From a virus, in the IMG/VR virus record IMGVR_UViG_3300025407_001359: 64,000 nucleotides of DNA. The stretch is one strand, 5' to 3'. The translations under genes and the position numbers were made by a program. The notes under the pieces are model-generated. The model ran no database searches, was not told where the DNA came from, and worked only from the letters and a program-made list of their open reading frames with translations. Shown in pieces: positions 55,349 through 64,000 of the stretch; position 1 is the stretch's first letter; each line of letters opens with the position of its first letter.

Positions 55349-55478
55349 ATTAAAATACTACGAAAATACTGGACAGACATCAGTAAAATATTTTGATACC
55401 ATAAACGAAGCACTACATTATTCGGTATACAAAATTCCGTTCCAAAGTTTTCACAGCTTAGACAAGGTACAACAATGA
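55341..55478 (+). CDS. Small hypothetical protein (45 aa, not in the ORF track)
   Basis: Fills the gap; ATGA-coupled to the glycosyltransferase. Confidence 0.55.
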   Translation: MYKLKYYENTGQTSVKYFDTINEALHYSVYKIPFQSFHSLDKVQQ

Positions 55479-56671
55479 GAAAATTATGGTATATGGGCTT
55501 GGAGCCCTACAAAGCCCGCTACACTCTGCAACTACAAGAGTGGAATCGTGCTGTGTTTGAACGTCGCGGTATCAACTATGAAATAGTACCAGGTGAAACA
55601 CTCAGCAACGATCAAGCTATTGTTACCGGACAAGTGCTAGATGCACACGGCCGTACTTACTTTGGTATGAGCCAGCTGATGAACTTGGTTCGTAAAATGA
55701 AACAAGGAGAAGTTACCAATGAAGATGTCATCTACTTTGAAGATATGTTCCAGCCCGGTATTGAGAGCTTGCCTTACATTATGGATCAAATCGATCCTGC
55801 TCACCGTCCCCGTATTGCTGTTCGCTGTCTTGCACAAAGTATTGACCCCGATGATTTTGTTCACGTCTGGGGTATGCAGAAGTGGATGGGACTTTATGAA
55901 AAAATGGTGGATAGTTTCGCTGATATTGTTTTAGCATCAAATGAAGAAATGGCTATGCACATGAAAATAGCTGGCTGGGAAGCCCCGATATACAACATCT
56001 CCGGACTGGCGTTCGGCAAAGATGAAGTCCGTGCAAGAGTACCAGGTCCACTAAAGCCATTCAAAGAAAGAACCCTGCGTGTGGGATTTGCCGCACGTTG
56101 GGATCAAGAAAAACAACCCGACTTCTTTATGGATCTTATCGAAGAGTGGAATCGACGCAGTGAAATGAGCAAGTCCACTCCCGAACAGCGGGTTGAGTTT
56201 GCTATTTTTAGCGGTGCCAAACTAAAAAGCAACAACGACAGCTATATGGCTCGTACACGTGACCTACAGGCACGTGGTTTGCTGACTGTATACGAGGATT
56301 TAGAAAAAAATGATTACTATGCTTTGCTTAATGATACTAGGGTATTGTTTAATTGCGCTTTACAAGACTGGGTCAGTAACACAGTATCAGAAGCTGATAC
56401 GCTTGGATCGAATGTTTTATATCCTGCTTATCGTAGCTTCCCTGAAACTTTTGCAAATGACGCAACAAGGTTATACGTTCCTTGGTCGTTAGATGATGCC
56501 ATTGAAAAATTACGAACTCTGCTAAACGATCCGCATCCATTGCAGGGACGTATATCGGATTGGACCAACGGTACTGTAGATCGTATCTGTGACATCTTAG
56601 AAGGATCGGGCGAGCAATGGTTACGTATGAGTACTGACTATCGTAAACATACACACGAAAGCAAATACTAA
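55475..56671 (+). CDS. GT-B glycosyltransferase
   Basis: GFAARWDQEKQP.FF, YYALL...RVLFN.ALQDWVSNTVSEA...LYPAYRSFPE. Confidence 0.78.
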   Translation: MRKLWYMGLEPYKARYTLQLQEWNRAVFERRGINYEIVPGETLSNDQAIVTGQVLDAHGRTYFGMSQLMNLVRKMKQGEVTNEDVIYFEDMFQPGIESLPYIMDQIDPAHRPRIAVRCLAQSIDPDDFVHVWGMQKWMGLYEKMVDSFADIVLASNEEMAMHMKIAGWEAPIYNISGLAFGKDEVRARVPGPLKPFKERTLRVGFAARWDQEKQPDFFMDLIEEWNRRSEMSKSTPEQRVEFAIFSGAKLKSNNDSYMARTRDLQARGLLTVYEDLEKNDYYALLNDTRVLFNCALQDWVSNTVSEADTLGSNVLYPAYRSFPETFANDATRLYVPWSLDDAIEKLRTLLNDPHPLQGRISDWTNGTVDRICDILEGSGEQWLRMSTDYRKHTHESKY

Positions 56672-56672
56672 A

Positions 56673-56918
56673 ATGGACATCATACTTTATAGCGTTGTTG
56701 GATTTGTTAGCTTTTTGGCCGGCCGTACTTCTGCACCCAAGGAAATAATCAATCAGGTTGAGTTGTCAGATGATGAACGTGCAGAATTTGAGTATCAAAA
56801 AAATTTAAATCAATCATTACTGTCGGAAGTACAACATTATAGATTTTTAGAAACACGATTAAGAGGCGAACTATGGGACACCAAACAAAAACTAGAGAAA
56901 TTACAGCAGAACAACTGA
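56673..56918 (+). CDS. Small membrane-anchored coiled-coil protein
   Basis: N-terminal hydrophobic helix. Confidence 0.55.
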   Translation: MDIILYSVVGFVSFLAGRTSAPKEIINQVELSDDERAEFEYQKNLNQSLLSEVQHYRFLETRLRGELWDTKQKLEKLQQNN

Positions 56919-57988
56919 TCGCTGTTCTCAAATTCACACCACGTACCTATCGTGTTGAATTGGGTGCATACGGCGGAGAAGTTTATTGCGGTCGAGTTGA
57001 TCGCAAAGTCTACAACTATTTTAAAGAAAACAATATTGATTTGGACGAATATGCCAGCAACTGGGATAACGAATTAGAAGTTCCAGAAGACCTGCAACCA
57101 TTCCCTCCCGGAAGTCCATACGAGTGTGACGACTATATTCATGCCAGTGGAGCCACAATGGATGACGGTAATACTATCCAGATATACGATGAGAACAACG
57201 AACTGGTTTGGGAATGTGTGCTGACCATTGGTGCATTAGAAGACGCTGGTGTTGAAGTCAATGAATGGGAAGAATTTTACGTTGATCAAATTGCCGACGG
57301 CGAAGTGGCATTTTGGGGAGCCCAAGGTGAAAAAGGTCTTTGCTATGGCGGAGAAATTAATCTTAATGAACCATTTGATCCCAAGAAATTAAAATTAAAT
57401 TATGCCAATGCCGACGGTTGGCTCATTTGCAATGGAATGGAATATGATGGAGAATCCATTGACAACAACGACTTGAGCACCACAGGCAAATGGGGCGAAA
57501 ACAAATGGTTGTTGGGTGGAGACGAAGAAGCATACGACCCCGAAGATAACTGGGACACACCTGAGTCAGGTCCTGTGCCAAGCGATTGGGAAAAGTCAGT
57601 TGACTTTAAATTTAAAAAAATCAAACCGGTACACGTGGGTTGGTACAATGCTGTATGGTCAAATTTTGGTACAACATACGGTTGCTTGTATTGGGACGGT
57701 GAAAATTTTGTAGAGTTCAACTACGGCAAAGCCAATATAATTAACGGTGTTGACACTTGGTCTGGTTACAACTGGGATACCAGCAACTGGAACAACCAAC
57801 CGCCAGAGCCGCCAAATATTGTGTGCGACAATAAAACCTGTGGCTGGACTGGTATGAGCGAAGATCGCACAACCGACGCAGAAGGTGATGATCACTGTCC
57901 TGCGTGTAATGGTACAGAGTTCAGCTGGATCGATTACGACCCCAATACCAAACAAGGTCGTGCTAACCGTGAGAAACATCGCCAATGA
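56873..57988 (+). CDS. Acidic hypothetical protein with a C-terminal Zn-ribbon
   Basis: D/E/W-rich; CDNKTCGW...CPAC. Confidence 0.65.
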   Translation: MGHQTKTREITAEQLIAVLKFTPRTYRVELGAYGGEVYCGRVDRKVYNYFKENNIDLDEYASNWDNELEVPEDLQPFPPGSPYECDDYIHASGATMDDGNTIQIYDENNELVWECVLTIGALEDAGVEVNEWEEFYVDQIADGEVAFWGAQGEKGLCYGGEINLNEPFDPKKLKLNYANADGWLICNGMEYDGESIDNNDLSTTGKWGENKWLLGGDEEAYDPEDNWDTPESGPVPSDWEKSVDFKFKKIKPVHVGWYNAVWSNFGTTYGCLYWDGENFVEFNYGKANIINGVDTWSGYNWDTSNWNNQPPEPPNIVCDNKTCGWTGMSEDRTTDAEGDDHCPACNGTEFSWIDYDPNTKQGRANREKHRQ

Positions 57989-58185
57989 CAACCTTTACTA
58001 CCGAAGATATCGAAGCATTAAAAACTGAGTGGTTTCCATTTGATTTGGATCCAGTTCACGAAGGCGAATACGAAGTAATGAGCAACGCTTGGCCTTGGCC
58101 ACATCGTGCCGAGTGGAGTAAAAAACACGGCTGGGGAACTGCCAACATTGATCAATGGCGCGGATTAAAGGTTCAAGTAAAATGA
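57985..58185 (+). CDS. Hypothetical protein
   Basis: TEWFP...PVHEGEYEV resembles the KPVHVGWY segment of the previous gene. Confidence 0.6.
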   Translation: MTTFTTEDIEALKTEWFPFDLDPVHEGEYEVMSNAWPWPHRAEWSKKHGWGTANIDQWRGLKVQVK

Positions 58186-58269
58186 TTTGCGGACTAATTG
58201 TGTTTGTTACAATTTTTATTTTTGGTTATGCTGTTGTTAAATTTGTAAAAAATTGTGCCGGAGATGAAA

Positions 58270-58467
58270 ATGCAGATTAAAGTCAATGATAAAATTGGTT
58301 CGTGCGGATGCGGTCGTAGCCCAACCGGAGACTGTTGCGGCTGGCACGGATTAAGTGAAGAGGCCTATCAAAAAGCAAGAGATGCCTACGAACTTGCCGA
58401 ATACCAACGGCAGGCACAAAGCCTGTGGTTTGATGGCGGCAGTTGTACGGGAGGTTCCCCCGAATGA
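58270..58467 (+). CDS. CDGSH-like Fe-S/Zn-finger protein
   Basis: CGCGRSPTGDCCGWH, a variant of C-x-C-x2-S-x3-P-x-CDGSH. Confidence 0.6.
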   Translation: MQIKVNDKIGSCGCGRSPTGDCCGWHGLSEEAYQKARDAYELAEYQRQAQSLWFDGGSCTGGSPE

Positions 58468-59159
58468 TTGTGGTCGCTGGCGGATGTAGTTTTACCGACG
58501 GGGAAACCAAGTGGCCATATCACTTGGCCCGAGAGTTAAATGCCGATGTAATAAACACCGGACTGCTGAGTTCAGGTAACGGTCTCATCAGCAGAAAAAT
58601 CATTTATCGTGTAAGTGAATTGTTGAAGACCACCAAAGCCGAAGATATCCTAGTGGGAGTAATGTGGAGCGGCAGTGATCGTCATGACTTTTACAATCCA
58701 GATGTCAAAGTGATAAAACGAGACGGGTGGAAAGAAAATCCATCATCGTTGGGACCGGGCACAAACAACTGTTGGATTCTATTAAATCACCACTGGTCTT
58801 CGGACATCAGCAAAATGTATTATGGTAATTTTCACCACGAAGTGGGCTCGATGATTTACACATTAGAGCATATACTACGTGTACAATGGTTTTTAAAATT
58901 ACACAATATACGCTACTTTATGACAACCTTTAATTCTTACGTGTTGCCCGCTAGATTTAGAAATCACGATGATATTAAAAATTTGTACGGGCAAGTTGAT
59001 TTTACGCAGTTTTTACCAATCGACGGCCAGTACGAATGGGCCAACCGATCTGGTATACCTTATGTTGGACCAGACCAGTATCATCCCAATAACGAACAAA
59101 ATAAAAAATTCACCCAAGAAATAATTCTCCCGTTCCTGAAAGAAAAAAATTACACATGA
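58464..59159 (+). CDS. SGNH-like protein
   Basis: AGGCSFTDG...W...L, G.GN, YHPN. Confidence 0.6.
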   Translation: MIVVAGGCSFTDGETKWPYHLARELNADVINTGLLSSGNGLISRKIIYRVSELLKTTKAEDILVGVMWSGSDRHDFYNPDVKVIKRDGWKENPSSLGPGTNNCWILLNHHWSSDISKMYYGNFHHEVGSMIYTLEHILRVQWFLKLHNIRYFMTTFNSYVLPARFRNHDDIKNLYGQVDFTQFLPIDGQYEWANRSGIPYVGPDQYHPNNEQNKKFTQEIILPFLKEKNYT

Positions 59160-60124
59160 AACGAATAATAGTAACAGGCGGGTGTGGCTATATTGGTAGC
59201 CACGTGGCACGAGCATTCAAGCAACAGGGCAACACAGTATTGATCATTGATCGTGTACTGCGTCTACATACCTTGAAAGACATTGACGGATATCACATCG
59301 GCGATTTTGCTGATGATGCCAGTCTAGCTGCCATTTACGACTTCAATCCCGATGTTGTTGTACATTGTGCTGGTACTAGCCTTGTTGGTCCCAGTATGGA
59401 TGATCCTGGCGAATACTACAATAATAATATTGCAAAAACTGTACGCTTGTTGAACTGGGTCAAAGATTTCAAAAAGAAACCGGTAATCATGTTTAGCTCA
59501 AGTGCATCGGTATACGGTGAACCAGATCTGTTGCCCATCCGAGAAACTGCTCGCATACAACCTATCAGTCCCTACGGCAATACCAAAGCAATGACCGAAA
59601 CAATACTCCGAGACTTCTGGGGTGCCTATGCCCTGCCCAGCACAGTTTTTAGATATTTTAATGCAGCCGGTGCTGAACCCGTCAACTCAGATCTAGGCCA
59701 AGAACCCGAGGCCACTCACATTGTGGCTCGTGTGTTGGAGGCCAGTATTGCGGGTCGTGCTTTCAGCATCAACGGCGATGATTTTGACACTCCAGATGGC
59801 ACTTGCATTCGCGATTATGTACACGTATGGGACATTGCCCAGGCACACGTGTTGGCTGCCAATCAACACTTTGGCTATGCTGGCTCTGTACATAGACGCT
59901 ATAATTTGGGTACCAATACCGGTGTCAGCAACAAGCAAATTGTTGACTATGTGTTTGACAAATATGGATTACCTTTTGTCAACTATGGACCCAAGCGTAT
60001 GGGCGATCCTGCACGTTTGATAGCCGATGCTGAACTGGCTCGTGTTGAATTAGGTTGGCGCCCGGAATACAGTGATATAAATACTATCATAGACTCAGCT
60101 TATAAGTGGTATACTCGAGTCTAG
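59156..60124 (+). CDS. galE: UDP-glucose 4-epimerase-like NAD-dependent epimerase
   Basis: TGGCGYIGSH, FSSSASVYG, YGNTK, RYFNAAG, DGTCIRDYVHV. Confidence 0.9.
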   Translation: MKRIIVTGGCGYIGSHVARAFKQQGNTVLIIDRVLRLHTLKDIDGYHIGDFADDASLAAIYDFNPDVVVHCAGTSLVGPSMDDPGEYYNNNIAKTVRLLNWVKDFKKKPVIMFSSSASVYGEPDLLPIRETARIQPISPYGNTKAMTETILRDFWGAYALPSTVFRYFNAAGAEPVNSDLGQEPEATHIVARVLEASIAGRAFSINGDDFDTPDGTCIRDYVHVWDIAQAHVLAANQHFGYAGSVHRRYNLGTNTGVSNKQIVDYVFDKYGLPFVNYGPKRMGDPARLIADAELARVELGWRPEYSDINTIIDSAYKWYTRV

Positions 60125-60140
60125 ACTCCCGAGGCCTTTA

Positions 60141-61169
60141 ATGTATCAATATGCAGAACTCGTCCACTGGATGAGCAATCAAGACACCAAAAAATTATTA
60201 CCCGCACAGGTTGATATAGATTTAACCAACGTATGTAACCAAGATTGTTACTACTGTAATAGTGCTGATTTCAGAGCCGAAAAACCTGTACAGAAAAAAT
60301 ACACAGAATATATCGAGTTGTTGGACAAGTTGGCCTCTTGGCGCAGCCATACACCCAACAGTTACGGTACCACTCATACCATTACCTACCCGGGCGGTGG
60401 AGAACCCACTGTACTAGTCAACTACGAAAAAGTAATTGAACACACCATAGATCTAGGATTCCTGGGCAGTATTACCACCAATGGATCAAATCTGGATCGT
60501 TTGTTAGACACCATCAGTGTGGACAAACTGCGTAAACTGGCCTGGATTGGTATTGATATCGATGCTGGCAGTCAAGATCTCTATGAAGAAATACGCCGCA
60601 GTTTGACTAGAGAAAGTCTATTTACAAAAGTGTGTGACAATGCACGTGGCTTAATTGAAGCTGGTGTCAACGTGGATTTTAAATGTTTAATTAACCCGTT
60701 GAACGACAACAATGCCGCTATGAACGACCTGTTTGGTTTGGTTGCCAAGTTGGGTGGACGTATGTTGTATTTTCGTCCAGTTATTGTTGATGGTGTTGCT
60801 CACCCTATCACCGAAGAGACCATTGCTAGACTAGAACGCTACAGCCAACAGTATCGATTACCTTACTGGGCCAATCAAAACAAAACCCTGCCACGTAACT
60901 ACAAAAAGTGTCATCAAATGTTTCACTTTCCGGTATTTTGTGCTGATGGCAAAATCTACATCTGTTGTGAAGGCAAAGGTAACCCACAGTTTGAATTGAC
61001 CAATTGGGATTCAGGTGACTTCCGAGATGATTGGCAAGGCGAACGTCACTATGACATATACAATCGCACACGTGTGGAATTTTGTGCTCCGTGCAGACCC
61101 AATATCAGCAATATCAAGATACAAAATATTTTAAATAACCCCAAAGATATAGAAACACTTTACCTATGA
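60141..61169 (+). CDS. Radical SAM protein with a C-terminal twitch/SPASM-like domain
   Basis: CNQDCYYC, GGGEP, TTNG; C...DG.IY.CC...C..C. Confidence 0.85.
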   Translation: MYQYAELVHWMSNQDTKKLLPAQVDIDLTNVCNQDCYYCNSADFRAEKPVQKKYTEYIELLDKLASWRSHTPNSYGTTHTITYPGGGEPTVLVNYEKVIEHTIDLGFLGSITTNGSNLDRLLDTISVDKLRKLAWIGIDIDAGSQDLYEEIRRSLTRESLFTKVCDNARGLIEAGVNVDFKCLINPLNDNNAAMNDLFGLVAKLGGRMLYFRPVIVDGVAHPITEETIARLERYSQQYRLPYWANQNKTLPRNYKKCHQMFHFPVFCADGKIYICCEGKGNPQFELTNWDSGDFRDDWQGERHYDIYNRTRVEFCAPCRPNISNIKIQNILNNPKDIETLYL

Positions 61170-61528
61170 ACATTGTATTCCCCATTATTGAACTGGTAGA
61201 CCGATTGGCCATTGCCGAGGTCAAATCAAAGCGTACCAACGGTGCCAACGAGGCCGAACTGGTATGGTATATGAATCAAGCACTCAAAATTGATTTGGAT
61301 TTGATAGTAGATGAGTACGAAGCACTCAAAACTATTCACAATGAGATCTGGGAGTTAGAAGCCTTACTCAAAACAGGACGCGAAGATGAATTGAGCCTAG
61401 AAGAAATTGGCCGACGTGCTATAGCCATCCGTGATCACAACAACAAACGTGTGGCGCTCAAAAATGCAATGGCTGAAAAGTTAAAGTGCTCGGTTAGAGA
61501 AATCAAACAAGATCATCTAAGCGAATAG
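61166..61528 (+). CDS. Hypothetical helical protein
   Basis: ELVDRLAI..VK...N.KRVALKN. Confidence 0.65.
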   Translation: MNIVFPIIELVDRLAIAEVKSKRTNGANEAELVWYMNQALKIDLDLIVDEYEALKTIHNEIWELEALLKTGREDELSLEEIGRRAIAIRDHNNKRVALKNAMAEKLKCSVREIKQDHLSE

Positions 61529-62602
61529 TTGATCTAACATAGTTCTTGAGATCTTGCCCGATGCATTGACTGGTATGCGTTCCAGTTGTTCAACTCGTGA
61601 AGGATAGCAGTAAGAACCCAGGCTTTTGAAAAAATCACCAACTTGGCTCACAGCATATGGTCCCACATACACGCATTTGACTGAGTCAGTTCCAAAAACA
61701 GCAATATCGTCCAGCAATGGCAAGGCACGAGATGCTTGTTGCTCTAAGCTGATGGGATCCAGTTTGAATCCACGCACATTGATTCGGTCTCGGGCTCGTC
61801 CCAAGATACTGTAATAGCCATCCTCATCTACTGTTGCTAGATCACCGGTGTCAACCCAACCGCTGTTGCATACAGCCGGACCACGTATCATCAAACGTTC
61901 GCCTTCTATTTTGGCTTCAATACCTGATACTTGTCCAATAGTACCCATACGTTGTTCGCCGTACAAGGGATTGGTAAAACAATGGCTGCAGCTTTCAGTC
62001 ATACCAAATGCTTCAATTACCGGTACACCAAATGCCTTGATTAAATTTTCGTACAAAGGATTGTATAGTGCTGTACTGGCACTACGCACAAAACGCAAAC
62101 TGTCAAAACTTTGTTTGCTCAGTGTTCGCAATATGTCAGGAATAGCTGTTATAAAAGTGGGATGATACGTGTGCATTGATGCTATTCGATTGATGGGTAA
62201 AAAATGTGTTTCCATATCAACCAGTTTGGATACCCAGTACAGCATTTGTCCGTGGGCGTGATGCAGGCCCATTATGCTGACATATCTGTCGTTGGCTGTG
62301 ATTGCATAATCTGCAATCATTTGACGTGCCACGTGATTGATTTGATCGTGAGTGAATCCGTAAAATTTACTGTCGCCGGTGGTGCCCGATGTGTACCAAA
62401 ATGCACGTTCATTGGGATAATTGCCGCCATCGCGTTCGGTGACATTGTCGGCCGTGACCAATAGACTCCAATCACTGTTATCCAACAAATACCGATTTCG
62501 CTCGGGCGTGGCCGTAGGATTCAATACCATTATACTATAGTCTTTTTCATACTGAGGGATCACTTCCCAGGGATTGGGAACACAAATGGCGGCACGTTTC
62601 AT
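61517..62602 (-). CDS. AMP-dependent synthetase/ligase (acyl-adenylate-forming)
   Basis: YTSGTTGDSK (A3), AFGMTES, TGDL, GR.RD.INVRG, N.SGKI. Confidence 0.88.
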   Translation of the reverse strand: MKRAAICVPNPWEVIPQYEKDYSIMVLNPTATPERNRYLLDNSDWSLLVTADNVTERDGGNYPNERAFWYTSGTTGDSKFYGFTHDQINHVARQMIADYAITANDRYVSIMGLHHAHGQMLYWVSKLVDMETHFLPINRIASMHTYHPTFITAIPDILRTLSKQSFDSLRFVRSASTALYNPLYENLIKAFGVPVIEAFGMTESCSHCFTNPLYGEQRMGTIGQVSGIEAKIEGERLMIRGPAVCNSGWVDTGDLATVDEDGYYSILGRARDRINVRGFKLDPISLEQQASRALPLLDDIAVFGTDSVKCVYVGPYAVSQVGDFFKSLGSYCYPSRVEQLERIPVNASGKISRTMLDQLFA

Positions 62603-62617
62603 ATGGTGAAAAAATAT

Positions 62618-62646
62618 TTGATTTACACGCTTATTTAACTTATAAT
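62618..62646 (+). promoter_or_regulatory. Sigma70 promoter
   Basis: TTGATT-17 nt-TATAAT. Confidence 0.7.
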
Positions 62647-62674
62647 ATGATTCTACTACTACGGATTTGATTTT

Positions 62675-63256
62675 ATGAGCTTTGATACCTTATTTAGATT
62701 TGAATCGGCACTGGCCGAATATACCGGAGCACCTTATGTGGTCCTAACCGACAGCTGCACACACGCACTGGAATTGTGTTTTCGTATACGCCGTGTTCGT
62801 TGGTGTCAACTTCCAGCACGTACATACCTGAGCATACCACAACTGCTGAATCAATTAAACATCAAATATCGAATGACCGACGAGGATTGGACAGGCGAAT
62901 ACTTGTTTTATGATACCACCATATGGGATAGTGCTCGTAGACTCGAACGTGGAATGTATCGTCCAGGACAAATACAATGTTTGAGTTTTGGGCACGGTAA
63001 ACCACTCAGCATTGGCAAAGCTGGCGCCATCTTGTTAGACAACTTTGACGAGTACGAAATATTAAGCCGTATGCGTAGTGATGGTCGAGACTTGCGTATT
63101 GTTCCTTGGCAAGATCAACGGGAATTCCGACAAGGATATCACTATTGTCCCACACTTGAAACTTGCAGTTTGGGTCTAGAAAGATTACCATTAGTGGACG
63201 AAAAACCTAAATATATCCTGTATCCGGACCTGAGAACAATTGACTTCACGGTCTGA
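62675..63256 (+). CDS. Short DegT/DnrJ/EryC1-type PLP aminotransferase-like protein
   Basis: FE.ALAEY.GAPY....DSCT.AL, WDSA, SFGHGKPL...GAI. Confidence 0.75.
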   Translation: MSFDTLFRFESALAEYTGAPYVVLTDSCTHALELCFRIRRVRWCQLPARTYLSIPQLLNQLNIKYRMTDEDWTGEYLFYDTTIWDSARRLERGMYRPGQIQCLSFGHGKPLSIGKAGAILLDNFDEYEILSRMRSDGRDLRIVPWQDQREFRQGYHYCPTLETCSLGLERLPLVDEKPKYILYPDLRTIDFTV

Positions 63257-63268
63257 ATACTATACAAT
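63240..63268 (+). promoter_or_regulatory. Sigma70 promoter for folE
   Basis: TTGACT-17 nt-TACAAT; GGAG SD. Confidence 0.75.
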
Positions 63269-63307
63269 ATCAACAAAGTCATCCACGACACTAACTCGGA
63301 GAATTTA

Positions 63308-64000
63308 ATGCCTAAATATGCATCACCAGAAGAACAAAAAATAGCAGATCTCAAATCAACAGCACTAGACGCAATGGCCGGCGACGGCGGATACAAAGAA
63401 GCAAACTTAGCAGATGTTATTCGCTTTACAATGCGGCGTGAAGGTAAACGCTTTTGGGCCGGAGATAACATCAGCGAATATGTTACCGATGATCACAAAG
63501 AACAATTAATCAATGAAGCAACAGCGGCATTTGAGCAAGTATTAGATACGCTACTTATCGATCGCGAAACAGATCCAAATAGTCAAGGCACAGCACGTCG
63601 CCTTGCTAAAATGTACTTTAACGAAATTATGGAGGGCAGATATGCTCCAGCGCCTGATGCAACAGCTTTTCCGAATGATTCAGAAGATAGATATGAGGGC
63701 ATGCTTGTGGTTCGCAGTGAACTACGTTCTATGTGTAGTCATCACCACCAGCCTGTTAGTGGTGTCGCTTATATTGGTATTATCGCTGCCAACAAACTTA
63801 TTGGTCTTAGTAAGTATACTCGTATTGCTCAGTGGTGTGCTCGTCGTGGTACTCTTCAAGAGGAACTTTGTAATGATATTGCACGAGAAATATCCCGAGC
63901 TACCGATTCCGATAACATTGGTGTATACATACAAGCTGTCCACGGATGTTGCGAAAACAGAGGAATAATGGCACACAGTAGTCTAACACAGACTACAGTA
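63308..64000 (+). CDS. folE: GTP cyclohydrolase I, runs off the window end (not in the ORF track)
   Basis: Manual translation: TARRLAKMY, SMCSHHHQP, IGLSKYTRI...ARR..LQE, HGCCENRG. Confidence 0.93.
   Translation, partial: MPKYASPEEQKIADLKSTALDAMAGDGGYKEANLADVIRFTMRREGKRFWAGDNISEYVTDDHKEQLINEATAAFEQVLDTLLIDRETDPNSQGTARRLAKMYFNEIMEGRYAPAPDATAFPNDSEDRYEGMLVVRSELRSMCSHHHQPVSGVAYIGIIAANKLIGLSKYTRIAQWCARRGTLQEELCNDIAREISRATDSDNIGVYIQAVHGCCENRGIMAHSSLTQTTV

Noticed and set aside
52273-61169. Calling either radical SAM protein QueE
   Set aside because: Both are about 340-370 aa with extra Cys-rich domains, unlike compact QueE. The true queE may follow folE outside the window.
63603-63976. Tracked ORFs 63603-63968 (+) and 63722-63976 (-)
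   Set aside because: They are off-frame shadows of folE, which starts at 63308 and is missing from the track because it has no stop in the window.
1-64000. CRISPR arrays, tRNA/rRNA genes, integrase/transposase, reverse transcriptase (retron/DGR)
   Set aside because: I saw no regularly spaced repeats, T-loop/cloverleaf patterns or diagnostic motifs. A tRNAscan/CRISPR search would be needed to exclude degenerate cases.
1-64000. Stop-codon reassignment, as seen in some large phages
   Set aside because: Conserved genes are full length in the standard code, and TAA, TGA and TAG all end genes at sensible positions.

Overview
A gene-dense 64-kb segment of a large tailed dsDNA phage (T4-like/jumbo-type myovirus), read in the standard genetic code and almost entirely on the + strand. 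The Bug/TTT receptors, ErpA, IF-1 and a spanin-like pair suggest a Gram-negative, probably betaproteobacterial host (inference). In order: host-like auxiliary genes (IF-1, SOD, ErpA); tail fibre/baseplate genes; a DnaE-like fragment, GroES, clamp loader, HAD and PhoH; an accessory island of three orphan solute-binding proteins, three PP-loop paralogs and tailoring enzymes; lysis genes; DnaJ/ClpA; a late operon of putative capsid-packaged modular proteins; B-family DNA polymerase and sliding clamp; and a TGT/DpdA + QueD-like + FolE 7-deazaguanine cluster interleaved with a glycosyltransferase, epimerase, aminotransferase, radical SAM, SGNH and acyl-adenylate enzymes. Near-consensus sigma70 promoters and T4-like late TAAATA promoters are visible. 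The best candidates for new biology are (1) a possibly glycosylated or acylated deazaguanine DNA modification, (2) a pseudoknotted RNA at 44222-44318 laid out like preQ1-II/III aptamers, (3) the solute-binding protein/PP-loop island with a structured leader and a frameshifted dctP, and (4) protease-processed polyprotein cargo with recombinable linkers. All protein calls come from motif recognition by eye; no searches were run.
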